A stretch of DNA of 64,000 nucleotides, from NCBI GenBank assembly GCA_964464175.1, contig CAYXFD010000006.1, positions 2,893 through 66,892 of the forward strand, written 5' to 3'. Positions 1 to 10,000 of the stretch are shown in pieces. A program made the position numbers and the translations under genes. This DNA is from an uncultured Candidatus Cloacimonadota bacterium. GTDB lineage: Bacteria > Cloacimonadota > Cloacimonadia > Cloacimonadales > JAJBBL01. The notes under the pieces were generated by a model. That model was given only the letters and a program-made list of their open reading frames with translations. It did no database searches and had not been told where the DNA came from. Positions within the stretch are counted from its first letter, which is position 1, and every line of letters begins with the position of its first letter.

Positions 1-64
1 GAAACGTTAAAATTACCCTCAAAAAAGTCAAACAAATTGTGGATAATGCTCTTAAACAGCGATC

Positions 65-766
65 TCAGAGCAAAAGACTGAGAGAGAGGGAATATGATAG
101 ATTTCTTAAACGAACCCTTGAGGAAATACCGGTTTCGGGAAGAACGTCTTCAGTAGTCGGGAATTCAATGAAGGGAATACCGAAATTCGTTCTGTAATCG
201 AGGATAAAAGACCTTTTTGATATTGAAAATCCTATACCCCCTCCGAGAATAATGCCAAAATCAAACTGATCGATATTCTTCATTCTTTTGTCTATATCAA
301 GCGGATAATCTTCGGTACCAGTCTCTACTGTACCGTCAATCTCGTAATGGGAATTGATCAAATAGGAAAAAGAAAAACCAGTTTGATAAAAAACGGTAAA
401 GTTGTTGCGACGATAGTGATGCAGCAAAAGAAGCGTTGGAAACTCCAGATAATCTGTCTTGTAGGTAACATCCATCTCAATAGGTTGATCTGCGATCCCG
501 ATCACTTGAGACGATCCTTTGGTAGTGAATAGAAATTCCTGACTAACAGTTACAGCTTCGGAAACAGGAAAGTCAAAGGAGATACCACCGGTAAATCCCC
601 AACGGATACCTTTTTCAACTTCATACTCATCATAGCCGTAATCAATTCCGTAATGCTGCGAGATATTCAGACCGCTCTTGACCCTGGGATGGAGGGTAAA
701 ACCTGCTAAGGAGAAAGAGAGGCAGGCAAGAATGATAATCAGGGAGAGAGTTCTCAAAGTAGTCAT
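65..766 (-). CDS. outer-membrane beta-barrel protein (small porin / PorT-like OMP family)
   Basis: 233-aa ORF with an N-terminal signal peptide (MTTLRTLSLIIILACLSFSLAG). Alternating aromatic/hydrophobic strand pattern with Gly-rich turns (DYLEFPTLLLL, FDFGIILGGGIGFSI). Its start overlaps the stop of the upstream transketolase gene by 4 nt. Confidence 0.55.
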   Translation of the reverse strand: MTTLRTLSLIIILACLSFSLAGFTLHPRVKSGLNISQHYGIDYGYDEYEVEKGIRWGFTGGISFDFPVSEAVTVSQEFLFTTKGSSQVIGIADQPIEMDVTYKTDYLEFPTLLLLHHYRRNNFTVFYQTGFSFSYLINSHYEIDGTVETGTEDYPLDIDKRMKNIDQFDFGIILGGGIGFSISKRSFILDYRTNFGIPFIEFPTTEDVLPETGISSRVRLRNLSYSLSLSLLL

Positions 767-1716
767 AAATTCATTGCTTTGATAATATAGTTGGCAATTT
801 TTTTAGCAGAGAAACCGAATTTGTCATAAAGAGCTTCAGGAGAACCCGATTCCCCGAAGCAGTCAGCGATGGAGATCGTATGGAATTTAATCGGGCGCCG
901 GAGAGAAAAATAGGTGGCAATGATTGAGGTCAAACCTCCGTTTGTCAGATGCTCTTCAATGACAAAAAGCGGTTTTTCAGAAGCCGCGATATAATCTAAC
1001 ATACTGGTATCTAACGGTTTAATAGTACTGAAATTAATCAGACTGAGATTCAATCCCTGTCCGGCAAGCAGAGTTGCTGCTTTGCTGACTTCACTTCCTA
1101 TAACACTGTGGAAAATGATGATACCGTCATCTCCAGCGGAAAGCATTGCTGCTCTACCTGCTTCAAACTGATAATCCTCGCCGGTAATAATCTCGGTTGC
1201 TTCTCTTGCCAGTCTGATATAGACAGGTCCTTCAATCTCAGCTGCTGCTAAGGTCATCTGCCAGGCTTCATTAGCATCTACAGGGCAGAAGATCTTCAGA
1301 TTAGGGAGCAGGTTCATCAGAGCAATGTCTTCGATAGCCTGATGACTGCCGCCGTCAGGTCCTACCGACAATCCTCCGTGTGATCCCACGATCTTTACAT
1401 TGAGATTGGAATAAGAGACAGTGTTTCTTATCTGATCAAAAGCTCTTCCGGTAACAAAGGCTCCATAGGTAGTAACAAAAGGTATCTTACCGCTAAGACT
1501 CAGGCCGGCAGCTACTCCTGTCATGTTCTGTTCAGCAATACCGACATCAATGAATCGTTCGGGGTATCTGTCAGCAAACCAGTTGGAACGGGTAGAAGCA
1601 GCTAAATCGGCATCAAGGACAACAATCTTCGGATTAGATTCTCCCAGAGCAAGGAGCGCTTTACCATAACCGTCTCTGACCGGAAAGAGTTCACCTTTGA
1701 CAAAGGGAAGCTTCAT
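763..1716 (-). CDS. transketolase, C-terminal (pyrimidine-binding) subunit
   Basis: 317 aa with motifs FIDVGIAEQNMTGVAAGLS and GSHGGLSVGPDGGSHQAIEDIA. A 4-nt overlap with the N-terminal-half gene indicates a split transketolase. Confidence 0.9.
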   Translation of the reverse strand: MKLPFVKGELFPVRDGYGKALLALGESNPKIVVLDADLAASTRSNWFADRYPERFIDVGIAEQNMTGVAAGLSLSGKIPFVTTYGAFVTGRAFDQIRNTVSYSNLNVKIVGSHGGLSVGPDGGSHQAIEDIALMNLLPNLKIFCPVDANEAWQMTLAAAEIEGPVYIRLAREATEIITGEDYQFEAGRAAMLSAGDDGIIIFHSVIGSEVSKAATLLAGQGLNLSLINFSTIKPLDTSMLDYIAASEKPLFVIEEHLTNGGLTSIIATYFSLRRPIKFHTISIADCFGESGSPEALYDKFGFSAKKIANYIIKAMNL

Positions 1717-2525
1717 TCTAACTCCCGGAGGGCTAACTCAAATTCTTCCGCATTCGGAGCCTTACCATGCCAGTCCCTTTCGTTCTCCATGAAGGAAACA
1801 CCCTTGCCTTTGACAGTTCTGGCGATAATGACTGACGGTTGAGGTGTCTTTTTAGCTCGCTTAACGCTGCTAATGATCTCGGAAAAAGAGTGACCGTTGA
1901 TCTCCTGAACATCCCAACCAAAAGCTTGCCATTTCAGGGCCAATGGTTCTAAAGCCATAACGGTTTCGGTTTTACCGTCAATTTGCAGATTGTTCCGGTC
2001 AATGAAGGCGATTAGATTGTGCAGATGATAATGAGAAGCAAACATCGCAGCTTCCCAAACCTGTCCTTCGTCAAGTTCACCGTCACCCATCAGAGTGTAG
2101 ATATGATTCTTGTGCTGATTATCTCTCTCACCCCAGGCGAGACCACAAGCTATTGATAATCCCTGTCCTAAGGAACCGGTCGAGACTTCAACTCCCGGAC
2201 ATTTTAAAGAATGGGGGTGTCCCTGGAGAGGCGAATCGAGTTTCCGAAAGCCCGACAACCACTCTTCGGGAAAATAACCTGACTCTTGCAATAAGGCATA
2301 TAGTAGGGGAGCAGCATGACCCTTGGAGAGGATAAACCTGTCTCTTAACGGGTCTTTAGCTTTCTCCGGATTGTGGACTAACAGATGAAAAAAAAGTGCG
2401 GTTCCGATTTCTACTCCCGAGAGAGATCCTCCCGGATGACCGGAACCGGCTCTGTGGATTATCTCAATTATTATCCGTCTAATCCGTTTGGCAATAGACG
2501 ATAAATGAGAAAAATCTTCTTTCAT
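1713..2525 (-). CDS. transketolase, N-terminal (ThDP-binding) subunit
   Basis: 270 aa with motifs SGHPGGSLS, SKGHAAPLLYA and the ThDP motif MGDGELDEGQVWEA. Confidence 0.9.
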   Translation of the reverse strand: MKEDFSHLSSIAKRIRRIIIEIIHRAGSGHPGGSLSGVEIGTALFFHLLVHNPEKAKDPLRDRFILSKGHAAPLLYALLQESGYFPEEWLSGFRKLDSPLQGHPHSLKCPGVEVSTGSLGQGLSIACGLAWGERDNQHKNHIYTLMGDGELDEGQVWEAAMFASHYHLHNLIAFIDRNNLQIDGKTETVMALEPLALKWQAFGWDVQEINGHSFSEIISSVKRAKKTPQPSVIIARTVKGKGVSFMENERDWHGKAPNAEEFELALRELE

Positions 2526-2620
2526 TATCGTAATTTCTTCTTATGACGATTCTTTCTCAGTCTTTTCTTTCTCTTATGCTTTGATATTTTAGCTCGTTTT
2601 CGTTTTCTTCCGCAGGGCAT
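2525..2620 (-). CDS. 31-aa highly basic micro-protein, bS22 / AURKAIP1-COX24-like
   Basis: Not in the supplied ORF track because it is under 60 aa. My translation is MPCGRKRKRAKISKHKRKKRLRKNRHKKKLR. A strong SD (AAGGAGAG) lies 3 nt upstream of the ATG, and the stop overlaps the tkt start as TAATG. The K/R-H pattern resembles ribosomal protein bS22. Confidence 0.6.
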   Translation of the reverse strand: MPCGRKRKRAKISKHKRKKRLRKNRHKKKLR

Positions 2621-2632
2621 TAACTCTCCTTA

Positions 2633-2935
2633 TTATTTTTTTTCTATCTTTTTAGGATCGATTTTAAAAACCTCTTCCTTGATCGCTCTTGTATATTTAA
2701 AGGTTGGAACTACTCGTTCGGGAACAGGTACAGTATCTCCGGTCTTCGGGTTTCTTCCATTCCGTGGTTTCCGTACTTTCAGATTAAAAGTTCCGAATCC
2801 TCTTAACTCAATATGATTACCTTTGATCAGGCTATCTTTTAATGCTTCTAAAAAAGAATCTACGATCACTGCCGTGTCCTTTCTCAGTATTCCCGTTTCT
2901 TGAGAGATTCTTTTTACTAACTCAGCCTTAGTCAT
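2633..2935 (-). CDS. HU/IHF-family DNA-binding protein
   Basis: 100 aa. MTKAELVKRIS...GFGTF...RNPKTGDTVPVPERVVPTFK is the classic HU fold with a beta-arm. Confidence 0.9.
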   Translation of the reverse strand: MTKAELVKRISQETGILRKDTAVIVDSFLEALKDSLIKGNHIELRGFGTFNLKVRKPRNGRNPKTGDTVPVPERVVPTFKYTRAIKEEVFKIDPKKIEKK

Positions 2936-3168
2936 TACGATAACACTCCATAATAGTTTTTAGTTAAGTTTTTTGTAACTGATTATTTGTCAAGCATATT
3001 GTAGCAGTTAACAGAGCTGAAGGTACAATTTCTTGACTATGTTTACTTTTCTTCTCCGGAATTAATTATCTTTATCCAAGAGCAGGAATCTCCACTTTGA
3101 ACAGAGAATGATAATGCTCTGTTCACAATTCTTTGCGATCAGAACACTTAAATGAATAACTCCTCACT

Positions 3169-4425
3169 CTATCCCTTATACTTTGGTTCCCATTTCAGTG
3201 TTGGTTCTTCAAAATTCAGATTCCATAAATATTTCTCAATCTTCTCCTTTAAGGAAGAGTCTATCGTTCTCTTGACAGGATAGATACCAGCATTTAAAAT
3301 CCTGTTGAGCAGTATCTTTGCTGCGGCAATAGGGGTCTTTAAACCCTCAATAGAGATGTTCTTATAATGGTCAGCAGGAGTATGAATGTTGAATGACCCT
3401 TTTCCTCCGAAACGAGCAATACTTAGACCGGGTAATTCTAACCTGGTAAAGGGCATCTGGTCACTGCTATAGATATCAAGAGAGTGGGAAAGGCAGTGAT
3501 CGGCTTCATTCAGTATCCCTTCGGAATATCCAAGTAATTCCTTCGATCCGGTAACGATTACTCTGTTCATGCCGACAGGATCACCTGACACGTCGATATT
3601 CAGAACCAGAGATCCTTCTTTTTTGACTTCCTCTTCGTGGGCTGACACATAATGCTGGCTTCCGAGCAGACCGAGTTCTTCTCCTGAAAAAAAGATCAAT
3701 CTGAGGTTTCTTTTCGGTTTGTGGTTAACGAAATGCTCAGCTACACTTAGAAGAGAGACAGTTCCACCGGCATTATCGGAAGCTCCGGCAGTACGGGCAA
3801 CGCTGTCATAATGGGCAACCAGATAGGTTAGATTTTTATCGGGTTCGCTCCCTTTGATATCTACGATAAGATTTGCTGCCGTTTTTCTGGAGACTTGTTG
3901 AGTCATCTCCAAGAGGGCTTTCTTCCCTTTTATTTTACTCAATTTGACCCCGTTTTCGTAACTGATGGTGGCAGAGTTAATTATCCCGTCCTGAAAAGTC
4001 TTCTGCCGGTGTGAGGAACTGGGGGCTTCTCTACAGGGAGGACCAATAGCGATAAAGGCAGCTAATTCCTGTTCTTTTAGCGCTTCCTGGATAGTTCTGG
4101 AGTAACCGTTAGAGATTACGATCTTGCCCTTATACATTCCCTTATTCTGTTTCAAAATCTCGGCATTTTCCAGAAAGACAAGTTCAGCTTCCACCCGGCA
4201 ATCCGTATTCAACCCATAAGGGAAGACTTCGAAGGAACTATCACCGACCTTAAGAACCCCTTTCCCGGTTGCAAAGGTTGTTAACTCAAACTCTTCTTTT
4301 CGGCATTTCAACCCTAAAGTATTGAGATGCTCAGAGATAATAGCGGCAGCTCTTCTCTCGTTTTCACTGCCGGCTAACCTTTCAAAGTTTAGTTCTTTGA
4401 TTATTTGATACGGATTTATAACCAT
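3169..4425 (-). CDS. M28-family metallo-aminopeptidase with PA-like insert
   Basis: 418 aa with metal-ligand motifs HYDSV, DNAGGTVSLL and FFSGEELGLLGSQHYV. Confidence 0.8.
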   Translation of the reverse strand: MVINPYQIIKELNFERLAGSENERRAAAIISEHLNTLGLKCRKEEFELTTFATGKGVLKVGDSSFEVFPYGLNTDCRVEAELVFLENAEILKQNKGMYKGKIVISNGYSRTIQEALKEQELAAFIAIGPPCREAPSSSHRQKTFQDGIINSATISYENGVKLSKIKGKKALLEMTQQVSRKTAANLIVDIKGSEPDKNLTYLVAHYDSVARTAGASDNAGGTVSLLSVAEHFVNHKPKRNLRLIFFSGEELGLLGSQHYVSAHEEEVKKEGSLVLNIDVSGDPVGMNRVIVTGSKELLGYSEGILNEADHCLSHSLDIYSSDQMPFTRLELPGLSIARFGGKGSFNIHTPADHYKNISIEGLKTPIAAAKILLNRILNAGIYPVKRTIDSSLKEKIEKYLWNLNFEEPTLKWEPKYKG

Positions 4426-4435
4426 CTTCGGTCAC

Positions 4436-6649
4436 CTATTCCTTGCTAATTGTGAAAATTTCTTCCGGTAACTCGATATTGAATTTCACCTCGTTGAAAA
4501 CATCCTCAGAGAGTATGATCCCTGTCTCATCTTTGGTTACAATCTTAACCGGATAGATGATACCGTCAACTGTCTCATATTCCTCATAGATCCGGTAGAT
4601 GGTCATCAAGCCTTTATCAGGTCTGATCGTTTCCTGTACTGTCTGATAGGGAAGCATTGTTTCTTTATCGAGAAACAACAAGAACTGATTATATTCGTCA
4701 TTAAAAGAGAGAATATAGAAATCTTTATCGGCTAACCTCTTCTCTTCCACAAAATAGACATCAAACATTTCCCGGTAATTTTTTGCCAGATTTACCGGGT
4801 TGGAATTGATATGGTTTCGCAATTCATCTGCTAATTCCGGAGGTAAAGCCATTTCTCCGCCAGGAAAGACCAATTTTGTTGCTCCCTGGTTATAGGTCAT
4901 TGTCAATGGTCCCCGCGGAGTTTTTATCATCTGTGTAATCTTGTCAGGATAAGCTATATAGGCAGTGGTCTCAACTGTCGAGCTACCCTCTTCGCGGTAT
5001 TCTGTTGATACTCCCGACAACTTAATATTGGAAATATCTGAAACATCGCCCATTTTCTTCAGGTACTCATCGAATAATGCTTCTCCCAGCTGAACTCTCT
5101 GCGGAGAAGGTTTTGTAATGTCTTGCTGCGGCCGGGGGATACTTATATCTATGATATTTACTTCTCCCAGATTTAACTCAGAAAGAGGTTTTTCGAATTC
5201 TTTATCATTTCCTACTGCTAAGACCACGAAATGTTCGGGATAGAGATAGTCATTAGACAGGCGGTGGATATCTGCAACCGTAACCTGATTAACCTTGTCT
5301 CTTACCTGTTCTAAAAAATCAATCGGGTAGTCCCAGAATTTGTAGTTCAGCTGTCTGTTTACTATTGCTTCCGGGCTGTCATAATTAAAGACAAAGGAAT
5401 TGAGGAAACTCTCTTTGGCTAATCTTAGTTCATCTTCCGTAATATATTCTTCTTGCAGGATAGTAATCTCATCGATCAGTGCTTCAATTGCTGCTATTGT
5501 TCTATCTGCTACCGTTTGGGACATAAGATAAAAAACACCGGGAAAATCATAATAAACCGAATAGTAAGCTTGCGGTGCATAAGCGAGACCTAACTGGTTA
5601 CGGATCCTCTGATAGATTCTGCCACTGAAACCTCCTCCCAGAACACTGTTCAAGACAAGCATGGGAACATAATCAGGATGCCTCTGGGTCATTTCGGTAA
5701 GATGACCAATGGCGATCCAGCTCTGCTGCGCATCTTCTCTCTGTATTAGATTGACTGAAGATTGATGGTTTACCTGAAATATTTCAGGTTCCGGAAAGGT
5801 AAAACTCTCTTTCTTCCAGTTTCCCAGAGTGTTATTCAGTTTTTTTTGCATTTCCTTCACTTTGAAATCACCGACTATGGAGATCGAGATATTCTGCGGG
5901 CGGAAAAATGTTTCATGATAAGTAATCAGATCAGCCTGATCGATGTTGGCAATTGTTTCATATTTATAAGTTCTGGCATAAGGATTATCTTCCCCAAACA
6001 ACAGTTTCATGAATTCTCTTCCGGTTATAGAAGAGATGTCATCGTTACGGCGGGCAATTTGGGTATTCATACTCATCTTGGCTCTCTGCAGACTCTCCTC
6101 GTTAAACGTGGGATTGCGCAGGACATCGTTGAGTATAGACAGAGCAGTGTCAATGTCCTCTGCCAAAAAGCTCATGTTTATTCTGATAGAATGGATCCTA
6201 CCGCTGGCAGTCATCGAGATGGCCATGTCATCGAGCAACCTGTTCAATTCATCGGAAGAATAGTTAGCAGTACCCCCTGTTCGCAACAGATCGCTCAATA
6301 TTTCTACTTTGCCAATCTGATCGGGTTCTTCAAAATAGGAACCACCTTTTACCAGAACTGCCAGAGAAATTGTCGGGAAATCATGATTTTCAGAGAGTAA
6401 AAATGATATCCCGTTTTTCAGTTTATATTCCGTCACTTCCGGTAATCTGATCGGAGCCAGTTCGGGAAACTCTATATCAAATCTTGCTTCTGCGTCATCA
6501 CGGTCAGAGAGGCTGGGAGTGTACGATAAATCAGAGACTGTATCGGCAGTAAATATCCTTCCGGGAATGAACAGTAAAGCCAGAACAGCCAAAGCAAGCA
6601 GCAGGGAATGGGAGTGTTGAATTACTTTAGTTTTATTTTTCGTTATCAT
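4436..6649 (-). CDS. M16-family peptidase-like protein (no HXXEH; probably non-catalytic partner) with ~230-aa C-terminal extension
   Basis: 737 aa with a signal/anchor (LLLALAVLALLFIPG). M16 two-lobe region but no HXXEH motif. The C-terminal ~230 aa (YILSFNDEYNQFLLFLDKETMLPY...IYPVKIVTKDETG) is LolA/lipoprotein-sorting-like by pattern. Confidence 0.7.
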   Translation of the reverse strand: MITKNKTKVIQHSHSLLLALAVLALLFIPGRIFTADTVSDLSYTPSLSDRDDAEARFDIEFPELAPIRLPEVTEYKLKNGISFLLSENHDFPTISLAVLVKGGSYFEEPDQIGKVEILSDLLRTGGTANYSSDELNRLLDDMAISMTASGRIHSIRINMSFLAEDIDTALSILNDVLRNPTFNEESLQRAKMSMNTQIARRNDDISSITGREFMKLLFGEDNPYARTYKYETIANIDQADLITYHETFFRPQNISISIVGDFKVKEMQKKLNNTLGNWKKESFTFPEPEIFQVNHQSSVNLIQREDAQQSWIAIGHLTEMTQRHPDYVPMLVLNSVLGGGFSGRIYQRIRNQLGLAYAPQAYYSVYYDFPGVFYLMSQTVADRTIAAIEALIDEITILQEEYITEDELRLAKESFLNSFVFNYDSPEAIVNRQLNYKFWDYPIDFLEQVRDKVNQVTVADIHRLSNDYLYPEHFVVLAVGNDKEFEKPLSELNLGEVNIIDISIPRPQQDITKPSPQRVQLGEALFDEYLKKMGDVSDISNIKLSGVSTEYREEGSSTVETTAYIAYPDKITQMIKTPRGPLTMTYNQGATKLVFPGGEMALPPELADELRNHINSNPVNLAKNYREMFDVYFVEEKRLADKDFYILSFNDEYNQFLLFLDKETMLPYQTVQETIRPDKGLMTIYRIYEEYETVDGIIYPVKIVTKDETGIILSEDVFNEVKFNIELPEEIFTISKE

Positions 6650-6651
6650 AT

Positions 6652-8139
6652 TTACCTCTCTTTCGGTTGCAGTACACCGACTGTTCTGTTTGCCGGAACA
6701 ATAGCTTCCTGCATAACTCTCATGATATCTTCTCTGGTCACACTTTCGATCATCTCGATTTCTCTGAAGAGTTCAGTGTAGTCTCCGAAAAGTGATTCAT
6801 AGTAGGCTAACTGGATGGAGAGCCCTAAACCGGATTTAAGCCGGTCAATGGATCTTTTCAAGGCTCTTCGCTTCACCCCCCCTAATTCTTCAAGGGTAAC
6901 ATACTCTCTCTGCATAATCTCTATCTGTCTGTCAATCTCATCAAGGCAGTCAGTGGTCTCAACTCCCTGCATTGGAACTGCGGCAATAACGAATAGATTA
7001 TCATAAACCCTTCCCGGAGCTCCGGCATAACTGATTGAATAAGCAGCTAAATTTTTCTCCTCAACAAGAGATCTGTGCAGTCTCGAAGAGCGTCCCTGTC
7101 CCAGAATATCAGCAATAACAGAAAATACAGGTGCATCCGGATGAGTAGCTGCCGGAGCCTGGTATCCGATCATAATGTAGGGCTGGGCAAGATCCTCATA
7201 AGAAAAATAGCGTTCTTCTCTTTGTTCGGGTTCTGAAAAGGAGACGGGAGTATTCTTCGTTCCGGACGGTATTGCTGTGAAGTATTTGTTGGCAAGCTGC
7301 AAAACATTTTGCGGCTCAACATCTCCGACCACGGCAAAGACCAGATTCCGGGCACCGTAATATCTATCGAAATACTCTCGCAAATCTGCCTCTTTCAATG
7401 ATCTGATATCTTCTTCTTCTCCAATCAGAGTCGTACGATAGGGATTATTGACAAATGCCTCTTTCATGAAACGATTGGAGAAACGATAAAGAGGTGAGCC
7501 TTCATACATTCTTTTTTCTTCCTGAATGACATCCCTTTCCGGGTAAAGCTGACGGAAAACAGGATATGTAAAGCGATCGGCTTCCATGATCATCCAAAGC
7601 TCAAGCTTATTGGAGGGGAGACTGACCGTGTACATTGTTAAATCATAGCTTGTGCCGGCATTGAGATTTTTGCTTCCGTTCAGATTCAATATTCTGGAGA
7701 ATTCGTTATCAACAGCATACTGATTAGCAGTTTCCACCGCCTGTTCCAGTTCCTGTTCCAGACGAAGCAGTTTATCGCTGTCCGCTTTATCTTCTTTTTC
7801 TCTTTCTTCCAGTATTTCATCGAAGATGCGATGACATTCCTCTAAGGCAGTCTTCTCCGCTTCATAATCTGTTGTTCCGATCGTTCTTGTCCCCTTAAAA
7901 GCCATATGCTCCAGGTAATGGGATATTCCGGTAATACCGGGCTCCTCTCGGACAGCACCGACGTCAACTAATGTTACACAATTAACGATAGGAACATTAG
8001 TCCGCGGCAGAACGAGAAGAGTAGCACCATTATCCAGGGTAAAACGATGAACATCCTCTTCAATATTGCTGAAACTCTGAGCTGATAACAGCAGCACTAA
8101 AGTAGATAGCAGTACTGTTAAGAGAGTCTTCTTAACCAT
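6652..8139 (-). CDS. M16-family zinc peptidase (pitrilysin-like, catalytic)
   Basis: 495 aa with a signal peptide and an intact inverted zinc motif, HYLEHMAFKGT (HXXEH). Only a 2-nt gap separates it from the downstream M16 partner. Confidence 0.85.
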   Translation of the reverse strand: MVKKTLLTVLLSTLVLLLSAQSFSNIEEDVHRFTLDNGATLLVLPRTNVPIVNCVTLVDVGAVREEPGITGISHYLEHMAFKGTRTIGTTDYEAEKTALEECHRIFDEILEEREKEDKADSDKLLRLEQELEQAVETANQYAVDNEFSRILNLNGSKNLNAGTSYDLTMYTVSLPSNKLELWMIMEADRFTYPVFRQLYPERDVIQEEKRMYEGSPLYRFSNRFMKEAFVNNPYRTTLIGEEEDIRSLKEADLREYFDRYYGARNLVFAVVGDVEPQNVLQLANKYFTAIPSGTKNTPVSFSEPEQREERYFSYEDLAQPYIMIGYQAPAATHPDAPVFSVIADILGQGRSSRLHRSLVEEKNLAAYSISYAGAPGRVYDNLFVIAAVPMQGVETTDCLDEIDRQIEIMQREYVTLEELGGVKRRALKRSIDRLKSGLGLSIQLAYYESLFGDYTELFREIEMIESVTREDIMRVMQEAIVPANRTVGVLQPKER

Positions 8140-8170
8140 TTTATAACTCCTTAATCTTATTATTAAAACT

Positions 8171-9922
8171 TCATTTATCTTGATTTTCTCTTTTCAGAAT
8201 TCGTGTCCAGGTGTCCTTTAGAGAAACTATCCGGTTGAAGACAGGTTTCCCCGGCTCCGAAGATTCAGGGTCAACAAAGAAGTATCCCTGCCTTTCGAAC
8301 TGATACCTCGTCTCTCCGGCCGCCTCTTGTAACATTGGTTCAAGCCGGCAAATATTGAGTTGCCTGAAAGAGTCGGGATTGATCTGATCCCGGAAGTCGA
8401 TGTTTTCCTCTCCTCCCGGATTTGGGACAGTGAACAGATGTTCATAGAGACGGACGGTAGCCGGAAAACTCTCTTTTACCGTAACCCAGTGCAGAGTAGC
8501 TTTGACTTTTCTGTTATCGGGGGCAGAACCTCCCTTTGTTTCAGGATCATAAGTGCAGTGAAGCTCGAGGATCTCTCCGGTTTTATCATCCTTGATTACC
8601 TGTTCACATCTGATAAAATAGGCATAGCGAAGTCTGACTTCCTTACCGGGAGATAAGCGGTAAAACTTTTTGGGAGGGTCTTCCATAAAGTCATCCCTTT
8701 CGATATATAATTCCCGGGAAAAGGGGATCTTTCTCTTACCGGTCTCCGGTTTTTCCGGATTGTTAATCGCATCCAGATACTCGGTTTCATCGTGGGGATA
8801 GTTGGTAATAATCAGTTTCAAAGGGTTAAGGACTGCCATTGCCCTCGGAGCCTCTCTGTTCAGCTCTTCCCGGAGACAATGTTCAAGCAGGGCAATATCA
8901 ACGACACTTTCATTTTTCGCTACTCCGATCCTTTCGGAGAATTTTCTGATTGAAGATGGAGTGTAACCTCGTCTTCTATAGCCAGCAATAGTTGGCATCC
9001 TCGGGTCATCCCAACCGGTAACGAACTTCTCCTCCACCAGAGAAAGAAGCTTTCGCTTGCTCATTACCGTGTAATTGAGATTCAATCTGGCAAATTCAAG
9101 CTGCTGCGGATGATGCTTTACCGGCAGATTATCAAGAAACCAATCGTAGAGTTCTCTGTTGTTATCGAACTCTAGTGTACAGATGGAATGAGTAATACCT
9201 TCGATAGAGTCTGATAAACAATGAGCAAAATCATACATCGGGTAGATACTCCACCGGTCTCCTGTCCGGTAATGGTGGGCTTTTCTGATCCGGTAAATGA
9301 GAGGGTCACGCATCTTCATGTTCGGAGATGCCATATCGATCTTTGCCCGTAAAACATAACTCCCGTCAGGAAACTCGCCTGCTTTCATTTTTCTCAGCAG
9401 TTCCAGATTTTCTTCTACCGGTCTTTCGCGGTAAGGACTCTCTTTGCCCGCTTCTTTAACGGTGCCGCGATATTTTCTGATCTCCTCTTCACTCAAAGCG
9501 CAGACATAAGCTTTTCCCTCTTTGACCAGACATTCTGCATATTCATAGAACTTGTCGAAATAATCGGAGGCAAAAAAGAGTCTCTCCTGCCAGTCAAAAC
9601 CGAGCCAATGGATATCATTTTTGATGGAATCGACATATTCGGGACTCTCAGTTTGGGGATTCGTATCGTCAAAACGTAGATTACAGAGTCCTTTGTATTC
9701 TGCTGCGAACCCGAAATTCAAACAGATAGATTTGGCATGACCAATATGAAGATAGCCGTTTGGTTCCGGCGGGAAACGCGTATGTACTCTCCCTTCATGT
9801 TTATTACTCTTCAGATCATCTTCAATGATATTCTTAATGAAATTCGGGGGTGTTTTATAGTCTGAAGCAGCGTCATGATCCTTTTTTGTTTCTTCTTTGT
9901 TATTAGTTATATTCTCTTTCAT
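8171..9922 (-). CDS. glnS: glutamine--tRNA ligase
   Basis: Class I motifs [14 protein letters not shown] (HIGH) and VMSKRKL (KMSKS). The ORF extends to 9961, but the ATG at 9922 is preceded by AGGAGAA and is the likelier start. Confidence 0.92.
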   Translation of the reverse strand: MKENITNNKEETKKDHDAASDYKTPPNFIKNIIEDDLKSNKHEGRVHTRFPPEPNGYLHIGHAKSICLNFGFAAEYKGLCNLRFDDTNPQTESPEYVDSIKNDIHWLGFDWQERLFFASDYFDKFYEYAECLVKEGKAYVCALSEEEIRKYRGTVKEAGKESPYRERPVEENLELLRKMKAGEFPDGSYVLRAKIDMASPNMKMRDPLIYRIRKAHHYRTGDRWSIYPMYDFAHCLSDSIEGITHSICTLEFDNNRELYDWFLDNLPVKHHPQQLEFARLNLNYTVMSKRKLLSLVEEKFVTGWDDPRMPTIAGYRRRGYTPSSIRKFSERIGVAKNESVVDIALLEHCLREELNREAPRAMAVLNPLKLIITNYPHDETEYLDAINNPEKPETGKRKIPFSRELYIERDDFMEDPPKKFYRLSPGKEVRLRYAYFIRCEQVIKDDKTGEILELHCTYDPETKGGSAPDNRKVKATLHWVTVKESFPATVRLYEHLFTVPNPGGEENIDFRDQINPDSFRQLNICRLEPMLQEAAGETRYQFERQGYFFVDPESSEPGKPVFNRIVSLKDTWTRILKRENQDK

Positions 9923-10000
9923 CTTTTCTCCTGTCGTTAGATAGAAAAACAGTACTCTCACCGGATTGTTTCATAATTAGCAGAAGCTCACAGCGAAGCT

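Noticed and set aside
5762-6400. 212-aa plus-strand ORF (with 84-aa neighbour) antisense to the M16 gene. Similar antisense ORFs lie at 56066-56632 and 56702-57214, and many 60-130-aa ones lie elsewhere.
   Set aside because: They are fully embedded opposite well-supported genes. They have low-complexity, Cys/Phe/Ile-rich composition, no SD and no recognisable motifs, so they are typical shadow ORFs.
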